Positions 11,511 to 22,775 of a stretch of DNA of 43,531 nt are shown here, one piece after another. A model generated the notes under the pieces. It worked only from the letters and a program-made list of their open reading frames with translations, ran no database searches and was not told the DNA's origin. Source of the stretch: Octopus bimaculoides (lineage: Eukaryota); contig NC_068981.1 in NCBI RefSeq assembly GCF_001194135.2, forward strand, positions 171,818,031-171,861,561, given 5' to 3'. The translations under genes were made by a program, and so were the position numbers. Within the stretch, counting starts at the first letter, position 1, and each line of letters opens with the position of its first letter.

Positions 11511-12035
11511 GCGAGAGCGCTACTCCTCTCTCCATATTCATTTGGAAACTAATGCACCAGAAAATTTAAAATATTTTCGAAACCTGACTATTGTGATAGA
11601 ACCACTAGAATCACCTCTTACGACTAACAAAGATATAAAATCAGATTACGTCTTAGTGAAATATTTCGCATACTGAAACAGCCTACTGGCACTCTCGATA
11701 AGTATTTCTCTTTGAAAAATTCTATCCGAGAAGATACTGAATATTTTCACCTACAAGGTACAACAAACAGCATGTATGATAGTCTCTGTTGACAACCTCA
11801 TGTCAACCAAAGTAATCTCTCACACATACAGTAACACTACCAGCTATTAGCACTGTCAGAATGCGCTGGGATGCGTTGCAATCTAGCCCTTGGTCGCATC
11901 CAGCCGCCGGTGAGAATCGTCTCAGCCGATATCTTACGAAAATAATCCATTAATCCCGAAAATTTCCTAACTGAAATCCCGATGCCTAAAAATCCGAGTA
12001 GCGATGTGGATTTAATCTTCAACTCCACTCCTCTA

Positions 12036-12071
<36 letters not shown>

Positions 12072-12350
12072 NNNNNNNNNNNNNNNNNNNNNNNNNNNNN
12101 NNNNNNNNNNNNNNNNNNNNNNNNNNNNNNNNNNNNNNNNNNNNNNNNNNNNNNNNNNNNNNNNNNNNNNNNNNNNNNNNNNNNNNNNNNNNNNNNNNNN
12201 NNNNNNNNNNNNNNNNNNNNNNNNNNNNNNNNNNNNNNNNNNNNNNNNNNNNNNNNNNNNNNNNNNNNNNNNNNNNNNNNNNNNNNNNNNNNNNNNNNNN
12301 NNNNNNNNNNNNNNNNNNNNNNNNNNNNNNNNNNNNNNNNNNNNNNNNNN

Positions 12351-12397
<47 letters not shown>

Positions 12398-12400
<3 letters not shown>

Positions 12401-13060
12401 CGCCATAACATCTCTCTATTATTGTCACACTACCTTCTGCATATGCGTACTTATAATTGGTAATTTTGTGGTCACGTGATTGAAGTTTGAGCCTGATCGC
12501 GCCATTTTTTTTTCTGGTTTTAGGTGTACGCATGGCCGCTCCACTAGCACCAAAGAAAAACAAAGAGCAGTGATCCGATTTCTCTGGAAAAGAGGTGTAC
12601 GATCAACATTGCAAAGTAAGTGCTTTGCTGGCCAACAAATTGAATCCAGCAATTTGCACCAAACGTCTAAGCCTATTGTCGTAGAAAGTTTTGTTGTTGC
12701 TCACATACAGCCGCCCAGACCGTTGAAACCATTAACCAATTAGGTGTTGAAGTACTGGAACACCCTGTCTACAGCCTAGATCTCGCCGCTTTCGAATGTC
12801 ATATCTATGGACCGCTCAAAGATGGTTTACAAGGTCGTCGATTTTCAACGGATTGAGATGTGAAGGAAGCGGTGCATAAATGGTTGCACGACCAACCGAA
12901 AACTTTCTTGATGGGAATACGCAAGCTTGTGGACCACTGGACTAAGTCCATCGAAAAGGAAGGAGACTATATAGAAAAATGATGTACTTGTTTATCTCCT
13001 GCTTTTGTGTAAATCCATTGAAAAAACCAGAGTGCGGATAATTGTTGACTCGCCGTCGTA
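12398..13060 (+). mobile_element. Internally deleted mariner (Tc1/mariner) transposon
   Basis: ATG at 12532: MAAPL..TKEKQRAVIRFLWKRGV jumps to the C-terminus LEHPVYSLDLA (YSPDLAP-like), GPLKDGLQGRRF, KLVDHWTKSIEKEGDYIEK* (TGA 12980-12982). Right TIR GGATAATTGTTGACTCGCCGTCG followed by TA; left TIR not visible (gap/microsatellite). Confidence 0.9.
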
Positions 13061-13860
13061 TATATATATATATATATATAAATATATATATATATANNNN
13101 NNNNNNNNNNNNNNNNNNNNNNNNNNNNNNNNNNNNNNNNNNNNNNNNNNNNNNNNNNNNNNNNNNNNNNNNNNNNNNNNNNNNNNNNNNNNNNNNNNNN
13201 NNNNNNNNNNNNNNNNNNNNNNNNNNNNNNNNNNNNNNNNNNNNNNNNNNNNNNNNNNNNNNNNNNNNNNNNNNNNNNNNNNNNNNNNNNNNNNNNNNNN
13301 NNNNNNNNNNNNNNNNNNNNNNNNNNNNNNNNNNNNNNNNNNNNNNNNNNNNNNNNNNNNNNNNNNNNNNNNNNNNNNNNNNNNNNNNNNNNNNNNNNNN
13401 NNNNNNNNNNNNNNNNNNNNNNNNNNNNNNNNNNNNNNNNNNNNNNNNNNNNNNNNNNNNNNNNNNNNNNNNNNNNNNNNNNNNNNNNNNNNNNNNNNNN
13501 NNNNNNNNNNNNNNNNNNNNNNNNNNNNNNNNNNNNNNNNNNNNNNNNNNNNNNNNNNNNNNNNNNNNNNNNNNNNNNNNNNNNNNNNNNNNNNNNNNNN
13601 NNNNNNNNNNNNNNNNNNNNNNNNNNNNNNNNNNNNNNNNNNNNNNNNNNNNNNNNNNNNNNNNNNNNNNNNNNNNNNNNNNNNNNNNNNNNNNNNNNNN
13701 NNNNNNNNNNNNNNNNNNNNNNNNNNNNNNNNNNNNNNNNNNNNNNNNNNNNNNNNNNNNNNNNNNNNNNNNNNNNNNNNNNNNNNNNNNNNNNNNNNNN
13801 NNNNNNNNNNNNNNNNNNNNNNNNNNNNNNNNNNNNNNNNNNNNNNNNNNNNNNNNNNNN

Positions 13861-13903
<43 letters not shown>

Positions 13904-13945
13904 ATGTATGTATGTATGTATTTATGTATGCTTTATGTATGTATG

Positions 13946-13976
<31 letters not shown>

Positions 13977-13985
13977 TAATATATG
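13861..13985. repeat. (TG)n/(TATG)n microsatellite
   Basis: Direct reading; probably the internal microsatellite of the adjacent family D SINE. Confidence 0.9.
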
Positions 13986-13989
13986 TGTG

Positions 13990-14210
13990 TGTCTTTGTGT
14001 CCGTGTTTGTCCTCCAGCATCGCTTAGCAACTGGTGTTGGTGTGTTTACGCCCCTGTAACATAGCGGTTCGGCAAAAAACACCAATAGAATAAGTAATAG
14101 GCTTAAAAAAATAAATTCTGTAGTCAATTTGTTCGACTAAAACCCTTCAAAGCGGTGCACCAGCATGGCCGCAGTCAAATGACTGAAACAAGTAAAAGAA
14201 CAAAAGAATA
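13990..14210 (+). mobile_element. SINE family D, 3' half
   Basis: GTAACATAGCGGTTCGGCAAAA...GCGGTGCACCAGCATGGCCGCAGTCAAATGACTGAAAC plus AAAAGAA tail; matches the reverse complement of 39611-39800. Confidence 0.85.
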
Positions 14211-14246
14211 TATATATATATATATACTTATATATANNNNNNNNNN

Positions 14247-14278
<32 letters not shown>

Positions 14279-15821
14279 AGTCTTAGGTGTTTTGTTAACG
14301 CAATGAATTTGGGAGTGATGTATAATTGTTGAGAGTATTTGTTAGCCTGTATACGTTACGTTTGAATGCGCTCCTGGGCCTGGGTAATGATGGAAACGTT
14401 CATAAGCCCTCTTGAACCATCACTTGTATCAATGCATTACATTATGGTGGAAGTGATATGAATGAATTAGAACGAGATAATTATTACAGTTAATGAGTCA
14501 TTAACTGCAATTATTACAAGTCGGGACGTAATTAATTTAAGAAATATTGATTTGCTTTTGAATTAATACAAATACTCTATATGTACAGAGGGAAAATGAA
14601 TTAGGAAGCTTCCACTCGTTACTATTATTGTTGCTGACGGTGTTGTTATTGTCGTTGTTATTCTTCTTGATGTTGTTGAAGCCTAGGGTTGCTCTTATCA
14701 AAGATATTTATGATCAAAAAGCATTTTGTCCGTGATCACTCCGACCGTGTTTTAATTTTTTTATGTCTATTTTACTGACGGTGCATTTAGGAAAATATTT
14801 TCCAATGTGGCCTACCTATATTTTTTAAAGCTGGAAAGGTGCAATTTGAGGGAGATCAGGCAACTATTTTTAGCAAGACACTTGACATTCATTGAGATTC
14901 CTGAGTTAATTTGTTGACGATCATGTCTTTCCAATGTATTAATAGCCCAAGTGTGTTGGTCTTCAAAGGGTAACAGAAACAAACCTGCTGCTACCACATG
15001 TTGATTTAAATCTTGCTCTTCGGCATTCGGCGTATCGATATTTTATATTAGCACAGGGTCACACAGAACCTCCATGTGGTCGACTGACAGAATAGGGTCA
15101 CATTAGACAATGTGGCCCTGGGTTTCCTGCACATGCTAATGATTACGAGATGGTCACGGCTGTAGTATCTTGAATTGGATCAGCACTAATATATTACACG
15201 GTACTTACCTTATCGACCCGCACTAAGACAAAAGCAAAGTTTTTGAATGTAGAAAGACAAATCTTATAAATAAACCTGTCTGTGTAATCAGGGATACAGA
15301 AATGAGTTTTCCAACTGTGGTTTGTGCCAAGTACGTCATTTCAAATACAGAAAGAACCTATGACAAAGCTCAAGATACCATTATCACTAATTAATCACTA
15401 ATTAGCACAAAGCAATCACACACCTTTGTAAGCCCCACTGCCTTAGTATTTTAACAAATCAATGAGGAATCTTCTATAAACTTGCTTGAGGAGCTTCAAA
15501 CAGCAGCCAACTCGGTGTCAAATCATACCCCACCACCTTAAAAAGTAATAACATATTAGCTTATTTAGTTCCAGAAACAATATATATGAATAAAGACGAA
15601 TAGATTATCACGATTGGGTCGTCATTGTTCATGTTTCAGATTGCTCAAAAGTGTCCAGGGGCTAAACAAACACGCACACATTAGTAAGTTAGTGTAAGAA
15701 ATAGTCTTGTTTTTCAGTCAAAAAAGCATTCTTTCTCATTTTAGTGAAACAGAATGCATTGCTTTTCAGAACATTGCAGCGAAATGATGAGAAAACTGCA
15801 TCATTTCCTCAGCTTGCCAAG

Positions 15822-15893
15822 AAATAACTCATATTTTAAAATAACTCATATTTTAAAATAATTCATATTTTAAAATAACTCATATTTTAAAAT
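15822..15893. repeat. 17-bp minisatellite, about 4 copies
   Basis: AAATAACTCATATTTTA x4 with one substitution. Confidence 0.95.
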
Positions 15894-16255
15894 GTGTCGT
15901 GCAAGCTTGCGCGACACATATTTACGAGCATCCGTCAATTAACTTACGAAAGTTATGTTTTATTAACTTTTCCGACATCAAAAACGACGGATTCTCTCCC
16001 GAGCATGTGACTAGTTGTGAGTATGCGTCATTGCAAAGTCTGAAAAAGGCTACAATACAGCCAGCGCCCTCTCTGAACGCTGCTGATATTTGTAATGTTT
16101 TATCTCTGATATTTGTTATGTTTTAACACAGCAAGTGATAACAGATGTTTTATCAGGACAAATACAGTAGCAACTGACCTATCGACAGTGTGCGTACATT
16201 ATTTATGATGCATAGATAGCTATTTTGATTAAATATCGCTTCATTTGCGTACACA

Positions 16256-16605
16256 GGAAGGCGCATGATTCAGTGGTTAGAGCGTCGGGCACGATAATGA
16301 AGTAGTGAGTTCGATTCCCAGACGGTGCTGTGTGTTGTGTTCTTGAACAAGACACTTTATTTCACGTTGCATCAGTTCACTCAGCTGTAGAAATGACCTG
16401 CCACATCACTGTATCGACAAAATTATATTGGCTTTGCCTATCCCTTGGATAACATCGGTGGTGTGGAGAAGAGAGGCTGGTATGCATGGGCAAATGCTGG
16501 TCTTCCATAAACAACCTTTCTCGGACTTGTGCCTCGAAGGGGAACTTTCTAGGTGAAAACACATGGTCATTCATGATCGAAGGGGGTCTTTATCCTTTAC
16601 CCTTA
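16256..16605 (+). mobile_element. SINE family C, CORE-like, full length
   Basis: tRNA-like head (CAGTGGTTAGAGC; GAGTTCGATTCC). 16335-16396 GTGTTCTTGAACAAGACACTT...CAGTTCACTCAGCTGTAGAAATGA resembles the MIR/CORE domain. Confidence 0.8.
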
Positions 16606-17235
16606 GCGTATACTGGAAATTTAATTTATCTCCACAAGGCTAAGTATAAACCGTTGGATATGATTTCTGTTAGACATAAACATGAGAGTGGGTTACAGGG
16701 TAAAGAAAGTGACCTACCAAATTTGACTACATTAACCCATGCAGTACAAGAGCACCGTAATATTCCCTTTAATCTTTACTTTTTTTCACCCGACACGTCC
16801 TAAGACATACTTTTAAATTCAAATTCTAACTTCAGCTGCAATATTTTTAATCTTCTACTTTGTGTTCTGTACTTTTCTCGGTCCATTTAATTAAGAATAT
16901 TATCTCCACTGCACCCGTATCTTCCCTGTTTGTCCATTCTTCTTTACAGAAACACATTTTTGCAGCCAAAAGATAATTGCTATTAAGGCAAAACTCAAAA
17001 AGTATAAAATATAAAATATATTGATTTTTTTCAAAATGTTTAAGCTACAATCAAAATGAAAATTTTATAAATTGACTAAAAGCAAATTATATAAAAAAAG
17101 ATATCAACAAGGAACCCGAGACGAATGCAAAAAACTCAATAAAGCAGCACTTGGTGGATTAAATACGCCAGTTAGAAAGCTGCACAGGAAATACAAGTCA
17201 CTAATTTTAGACAAAAGGAGTCTCATCACGTTCGC

Positions 17236-17514
17236 ATTCTTGAGAAACACTTTGAGTACACTAAGAACCATTGCATAAGTTAAGTCTGAGATGCGCTTGA
17301 TGTCACCATAACAAACCAAATACAAGATGGCTAGCTTGAACACACAGCATATCTCCTGTTAAATAAGACTTGAGACACTCTTAGCACCACCGTTACCAAC
17401 CAAGTATAAGAGAATCAGCTGGGTGAAACCGTGGACGTTAATATGCAGAACCTTGAGATAGCACTCGGCGTTTCCCTTGATCCGTCCTTCGCTGCCATTG
17501 CCGTATCCAGACAT
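17236..17514 (-). pseudogene. H4: Histone H4 pseudogene with in-frame internal duplication
   Basis: From ATG at 17514: MSGYGNGSEGRIKGNAECYLKVLHINVHGFTQLILLYLVGNGGAKSVSSLI*QEICCVFK aligns ungapped to H4 residues 1-60 (25/60 identical by hand). It continues in frame as LAILYLVCYGDIKRISDLTYAMVLSVLKVFLKN, a second copy of residues 33-65. TAA at 17359-17361; C-terminus absent. Confidence 0.85.
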
Positions 17515-18844
17515 GAGAATCAAGTGTAGAGTGAAAGAAAAATGTGCAGAAGTTTAACAGTAAGAAATTTTAAATAATAAAATCACCAAACCTAAAAACA
17601 ATTTTTATGAAATATTCAATATTTTAAAAAATTGTTTTGAAAATTGTTCATTCCATTGATATTCAAATGCAAATAGTCTTTTTTAAAACCATTTTCTCAC
17701 ATAATGAATTTAGCAGTGATAAATTTTTAATGCCCAATTGCATTAAATATCAAATTTTAGAATATTTTCATATCTTTTTGAATATAATATTTAGTTGTTT
17801 GTAATTTTAGATAATTAATTATGACACAATAATTCATTATTCTATCTTTATATAAAATAGAAATTTAGTTTAAATAAAAATAACGTTTTGATATTTTTGG
17901 TAGACTAGTAAGTTTAATGGGTACTATATCATTAGAATTAATTGAAATATAATAATATTTTGATTTATTTTATGTTTACTCTGACACTTATGGTTCTTGA
18001 TAGTCTCTCCTCTCTTCGTCTCAGGTTCATATTATTGTCTACATGGACACTGACTTCTTCAAAGCGTAAGATAGAATAGATATTAACCAACAAAAAAGTT
18101 GCCCTCTTTGAGCTCAAGTCGACATTTATATATTAATATAAAAATTATAGCTTCAAATTTCTAAGATAAAGGATATTATATTCTTTATAATGTAATCACT
18201 AGTCATATAATTTTAAGAAAAAACCATAACGCACAATCTAACGTACAGTCATTAGGTCACGGTCGTACAAATTTTAGCCATATTGATTGGGATCTCTACT
18301 ACAAACTGGGTCAACAATGTCCTTGATTTGACAGGACTTAGATATCAACTAAACATTCAGATGATTGGATAACAAAGATTAATATACATATTTTAAACTA
18401 CTTTGTGTTATCTAAGTTTATCTCCTGTAAAAGCTCTTAACCGATCTAAACTATTATTTTACACAGGAGATATTTTCAGTATCTTCTTAAGTCCTAACGA
18501 TTTTCCTAAATTTCCGAAAGCAAAATTCCAAGCGATTTCTCTGAAATACATTACGCCTAGAAACCAAAAGGAATATATATTTAATTCTTCAAGCCAAATA
18601 ACATGAGTGTTTCCATTCACATTTCTGCTAAATATATTCTATAAATTATAAGCGAGGTATATATGAATTAACACATTATTTGTTTCAAATAACAAAGATT
18701 TCAACTTATATTGAATTTAGCATTTTTTAAAATTTTGACCATAGAGGTCAAGCCTAAAAGAAATATTATCCAAAATGGGTCATCGATATTTAAAATATCA
18801 CTGGCAATATTTTTAATCACCAACAAAAAGATCTTTTCTAAACC

Positions 18845-19010
18845 AGTTGATCTAGCAAGCGGGGCCTCATATCAGTGAGGGGGGCCGGTGCGCATTGATG
18901 CCGTCAAGAGGTAGGCCCCGAAATGGCGCGCATTCTCTCCTGATGACCCCATACACTTGCTGGCTTCCGGTATGCGGAGTTCTCGACTGGTAGCATTTGC
19001 ATGTGCGAGT
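18845..19010. promoter_or_regulatory. Isolated CpG/GC-rich island, possible promoter or structured element
   Basis: GC-rich patch in very AT-rich flanks; AAATGGCG (YY1-like), CTTCCGG (ETS-like), ATTTGCAT octamer; nested inverted repeats. Confidence 0.3.
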
Positions 19011-20177
19011 TGTTTGCAAAGCATCTAGAATTCTTTTATTGCAAACAAATCATTTTTCATTTATATAAAGGTTCATCGAATTTGTATATATTTAATTTCC
19101 CCACAAAAAATTTTTTCTTCCTTTATCAAAAAACAAAAAAAAACAATTTATTCAAAATAAAAAAAAAACTGTAAAAATATGATTAAAAATCATTATTACA
19201 CATAGTATTAAAAAAGTAAAATCTTCAATTGTTTTGTAGATACAAAACTATTAAAACATTTTATAATTACAAAAACAATTTCCTCGTTTACACTCAGCGG
19301 TGCATAAATTAATTATATATTTGCTAAGTTTATTTACAAAGTTTTCGATGTCACAAAATTTATTAGTGATCACCTTTATATTTTACCACTTGTTTCATAA
19401 GTCTTTATTTTTATAATGTACCAATTTTGGCGCGATTTTCAAAATTTTATTCCGCTCTGTAATAAAACAAAAAATCTTAACAAAATAATCGGATTATGAT
19501 GTTTCTAAGACGATATCAATTGTTGGATCACTCTCGAGTTCACCACGTTTCGTTCAGTTTTATTCTATAGCAGCAATTTTAAACTGGTTTACAGAAATAA
19601 TTCTTTCCATTTAGATATTTCAAATAAGCATAATTATGCTAAATGTCCCCTAAAAGTAAGTGAGATATTATACATCAAAGATGATTGTGGGCCTTACTCT
19701 TATTCTAATTTAATAATATTTGGCTCCATAAGTTATTTTTTTCTACAAAATTAATCTCTCATTGAGATCTTTATATAAGTATGATTAAAATGGGCAGAAT
19801 AAAATATAAAGGAACTATATTGAGTAGAAGTTGCATTTATGCGTTACTTTCTCATTTTTTAATCGATTTTAGGTTAACTTCTCAGAACCAATTTCATATA
19901 TAAATGTCTCAAAATATTGCAGAGTATCAGTCCATTTTTTTCAATGAACTTTCCGCATTTAACTTGATCGAGAATTTTATTAACTAGAGGGAGTGGAAAT
20001 GATCGCGAATGAGTCAATGTTAACCTTAAGAATATCACTTATCCATTGTTGTAAGTGAATGGCGTATGTGTGTATGTGTGTATACATACAGACACATATA
20101 TTCACACGAACATAGATTAAGAAAGAGAAGAACAATACAGACTGCAAGTATTTATGTTGGTGTGTAGTATTGGTTCT

Positions 20178-20560
20178 GTGGAGGCGCAATGGCCCAGTGG
20201 TTCGGGCAGCGGACTCGCGGTCATAGGATCGCGGTTTCGATTCCCAGACCGGGCGTTATGAGTGTTTATTGAGCGAAAACACCTAAAGCTCCACAAGGCT
20301 TCAGCAGGGGATGGTGGCGAACCCTGCTGTACTCTTCCACCACAACTTTCTCTCACTCTTACTTCCTGTTTCTGTTGTGCCTGTAATTCAAGGGGTCAGC
20401 CTTGTCACACTGTGTCACGCTGAATATTCCCGAGAACTACGTTAAGGGTTACGTGTCTGTGGAGTGCTCATCCACTTGCACGTTAATTTCACGAGCAGGC
20501 TGTTCCGTTGATCGGATCAACTGGAACCCTCGACGTCGTAAGCGACGGAGTGCCAATAAC
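20178..20560 (+). mobile_element. SINE family B (tRNA-Arg-like head), full length with 12-bp TSD
   Basis: GGAGGCGCAATGGCCCAGTGG...GGTTTCGATTCCC head; AGTATTGGTTCT duplicated at 20166-20177 and 20561-20572. Confidence 0.92.
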
Positions 20561-20804
20561 AGTATTGGTTCTATTTTCCATTGTACCTTAGATAGACGTT
20601 CACATACTTTCTTGATCCACCGATTTGATGCAAGCGATATGAATGGATTAGACTACGATAAGCATTGCATTTAATATGTGTTTAAACGCAATTATATTAA
20701 GTTGGAACGTAATTAGTTTAAGAAATATTGATATGCGATGAATTGATGTATGATTTTAACAAACACACACGTAAATACATAAATATATATACATCTATCA
20801 ATGA

Positions 20805-20935
20805 GTATATAGATAGATAGATAGACAGACAGACAGATAGACAGACAGACAGACAGACAGATAGATAGATAGACAGACAGATAGATAGACAGATAGATAG
20901 ACAGATAGATAGATAGATAGATAGATAGATATACA
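20805..20935. repeat. (GATA)n/(GACA)n microsatellite
   Basis: Direct reading. Confidence 0.95.
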
Positions 20936-21309
20936 CACAAATTATCAGTGGGAAAAAGAACTGGTCCATGTACTAAGTCATTAAAGTTCAATGTACTCAG
21001 TGTTTCACCACTAAATCCTTTACACTTAAGAGATCAAGATTCACCAATCTGACAAAAATCACTTAAATCATTTCGATTTAAAGCACTTGAAATCGCATTT
21101 TGTGATTCTTACGCGTTAGGATGTCCCTTTAGATATCGATTTTCATTTTTATTAACACAAACAGTTTTGATCAATTGAATCAGTTTCCTTCTCCGAGGCT
21201 ATGGTAGCAAGCTTCGTTTCAATTCGTTTCGTAGTAAATATATTTACTTTCGTTTGAGGTATGTAAATACAATGATTTGAAATACGTATTTTCTCCATAA
21301 ACTTGGCTT

Positions 21310-21530
21310 AATGCATGCACCGCGCACACGCACGCACACACACACATACACGCACACACACACGCACGCACATACATACGCACACAAGCATACACAGGAA
21401 ACACATGTGTATATTTATACAAAATCCAGTGATTTGATATTCTTAATATGTTTTCATACACTTTAAATAAACTAGGCTAGGTGCTTGCGTGCGCGCATGC
21501 GTGTGTGTGTGTGTGTTCGTGCGTGTATAT
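21310..21530. repeat. (CA)/(CGCA) and (TG)/(TGCG) microsatellite patches
   Basis: Direct reading. Confidence 0.8.
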
Positions 21531-21552
21531 GTGTTCATGAGTAATTTCACTT

Positions 21553-21608
21553 GGTGCTCCAGCATGGCCGCGATCAACTGACTGAATCAAGTAAAAGAAT
21601 AAAAGAAT
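21553..21608 (+). mobile_element. SINE family D 3' tail only
   Basis: GGTGCTCCAGCATGGCCGC...GACTGAATCAAGT followed by (AAAAGAAT) repeats. Confidence 0.75.
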
Positions 21609-22322
21609 GGATCTATTTTAAAACGGGGGCGCCAGTTTTCATTTATGTTTTATGTAGTGTTTTTGGTACGGAAAGACTTTCAAACTTCGTATACTTATCT
21701 ATTTTGTGTTATAGAACAGAAAAATATTTTTGTATTCGAATTTATTTCATGTAAAAAATTGTCTTATTTCGATAATTTCTACTAATCACTGACGTCTATT
21801 CAGTTGAAAACAGTTAGCGCTGTAACGGTGTATATCGTATTAATCCCCTAACCCTAACCCTAACCCTAACTAGACTGTTAACCGTAACCCTAACCCTAAC
21901 CCTAACCNNNNNNNNNNNNNNNNNNNNNNNNNNNNNNNNNNNNNNNNNNNNNNNNNNNNNNNNNNNNNNNNNNNNNNNNNNNNNNNNNNNNNNNNNNNNN
22001 NNNNNNNNNNNNAATATATTATATAAACAATATATGCGTATAAATTACGATTACACTGGATGAAATATGTCACAGGGAATAACATTTTTATGACCGCCCA
22101 GCAGTAACTCTATTCAGCTGAATAGACGTCAGTGATTGGTTGAAATTACAGAAATACGACAACTTTAACATGGAATAACTTGCGAATTCCTTTTTTTTTT
22201 GTTAAGAAGACTAAGAGTAAAAGATGTTTTATATGACACATTCTACCAGTGTCCCAAGTTTCAAAGTGTTTCGTTAGTGTTTCGTTAAGAAAATACTGGC
22301 GCCCCCGTTTTAAAATAGATCC
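21609..22322. mobile_element. Non-autonomous DNA transposon with perfect 28-bp TIRs, 8-bp TSD and internal telomere-type repeats
   Basis: GGATCTATTTTAAAACGGGGGCGCCAGT at 21609-21636, exact reverse complement at 22295-22322; AAAAGAAT on both flanks; second internal IR 21774-21822/22099-22147; (TAACCC)n 21847-21907. Confidence 0.92.
21847..21907 (-). repeat. Interstitial (TTAGGG)n telomere-type tract, interrupted and running into a gap
   Basis: CCTAACCCTAACCCTAACCCTAAC TAGACTGT TAACCG TAACCC TAACCC... Confidence 0.9.
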
Positions 22323-22775
22323 AAAAGAATAACTAGTTGTGCACAAGAACTGAAGCTGTGTGTACGTGTGCATTTCGTTACCAATCATTTCAAAGTACTC
22401 TTTCGTCATTCTGAAATATTTAACTGTTAAACTTTCCGTAAATCAAGATGTCTCTAAACAAGGGAAATTGAAGTTACATGCAAAGTATTATCATATATGA
22501 AAAGATTTCGATGATACTGATTCATATGATTAAATTATATGCACAGATGGGTTCGCTGAATTTTGGTGGTGAAAGTGTTTCAAATTTTGAATTCATTTAT
22601 CATATTTTCTCCTCGTGATTAATTTTCATTTAATATGCTTCCCTTTCAATTTGTTTTTAAAACCAACTTTCTCACACAAGCGGCAACCTGCTAGCAATGC
22701 TTCTTAAAGCATTAGACTTACTTATCCATATTTATCTTTCATTGCAATTTCTCATCAATTATCCAAGCAATATGG

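Noticed and set aside
11837-14064. Long ORFs spanning 11.8-14.1 kb and 33.4-34.3 kb
   Set aside because: Artefacts of N-runs and microsatellites (poly-X, HT, CV, YI repeats)
18924-18944. ATGGCGCGC resembling a histone H3 start (MAR), divergent from the H4 relic
   Set aside because: Stops after six codons and has no further H3 similarity
18913-18950. GAAA and CTGATGA close together, suggesting a type II hammerhead
   Set aside because: Helix II strands would be CCCC against CCCC and there is no room for helix I
20178-20250. tRNA-like cloverleaf fragments here and at 16256, 34500 and 39960
   Set aside because: They are SINE heads continuing into repeat bodies, not tRNA genes
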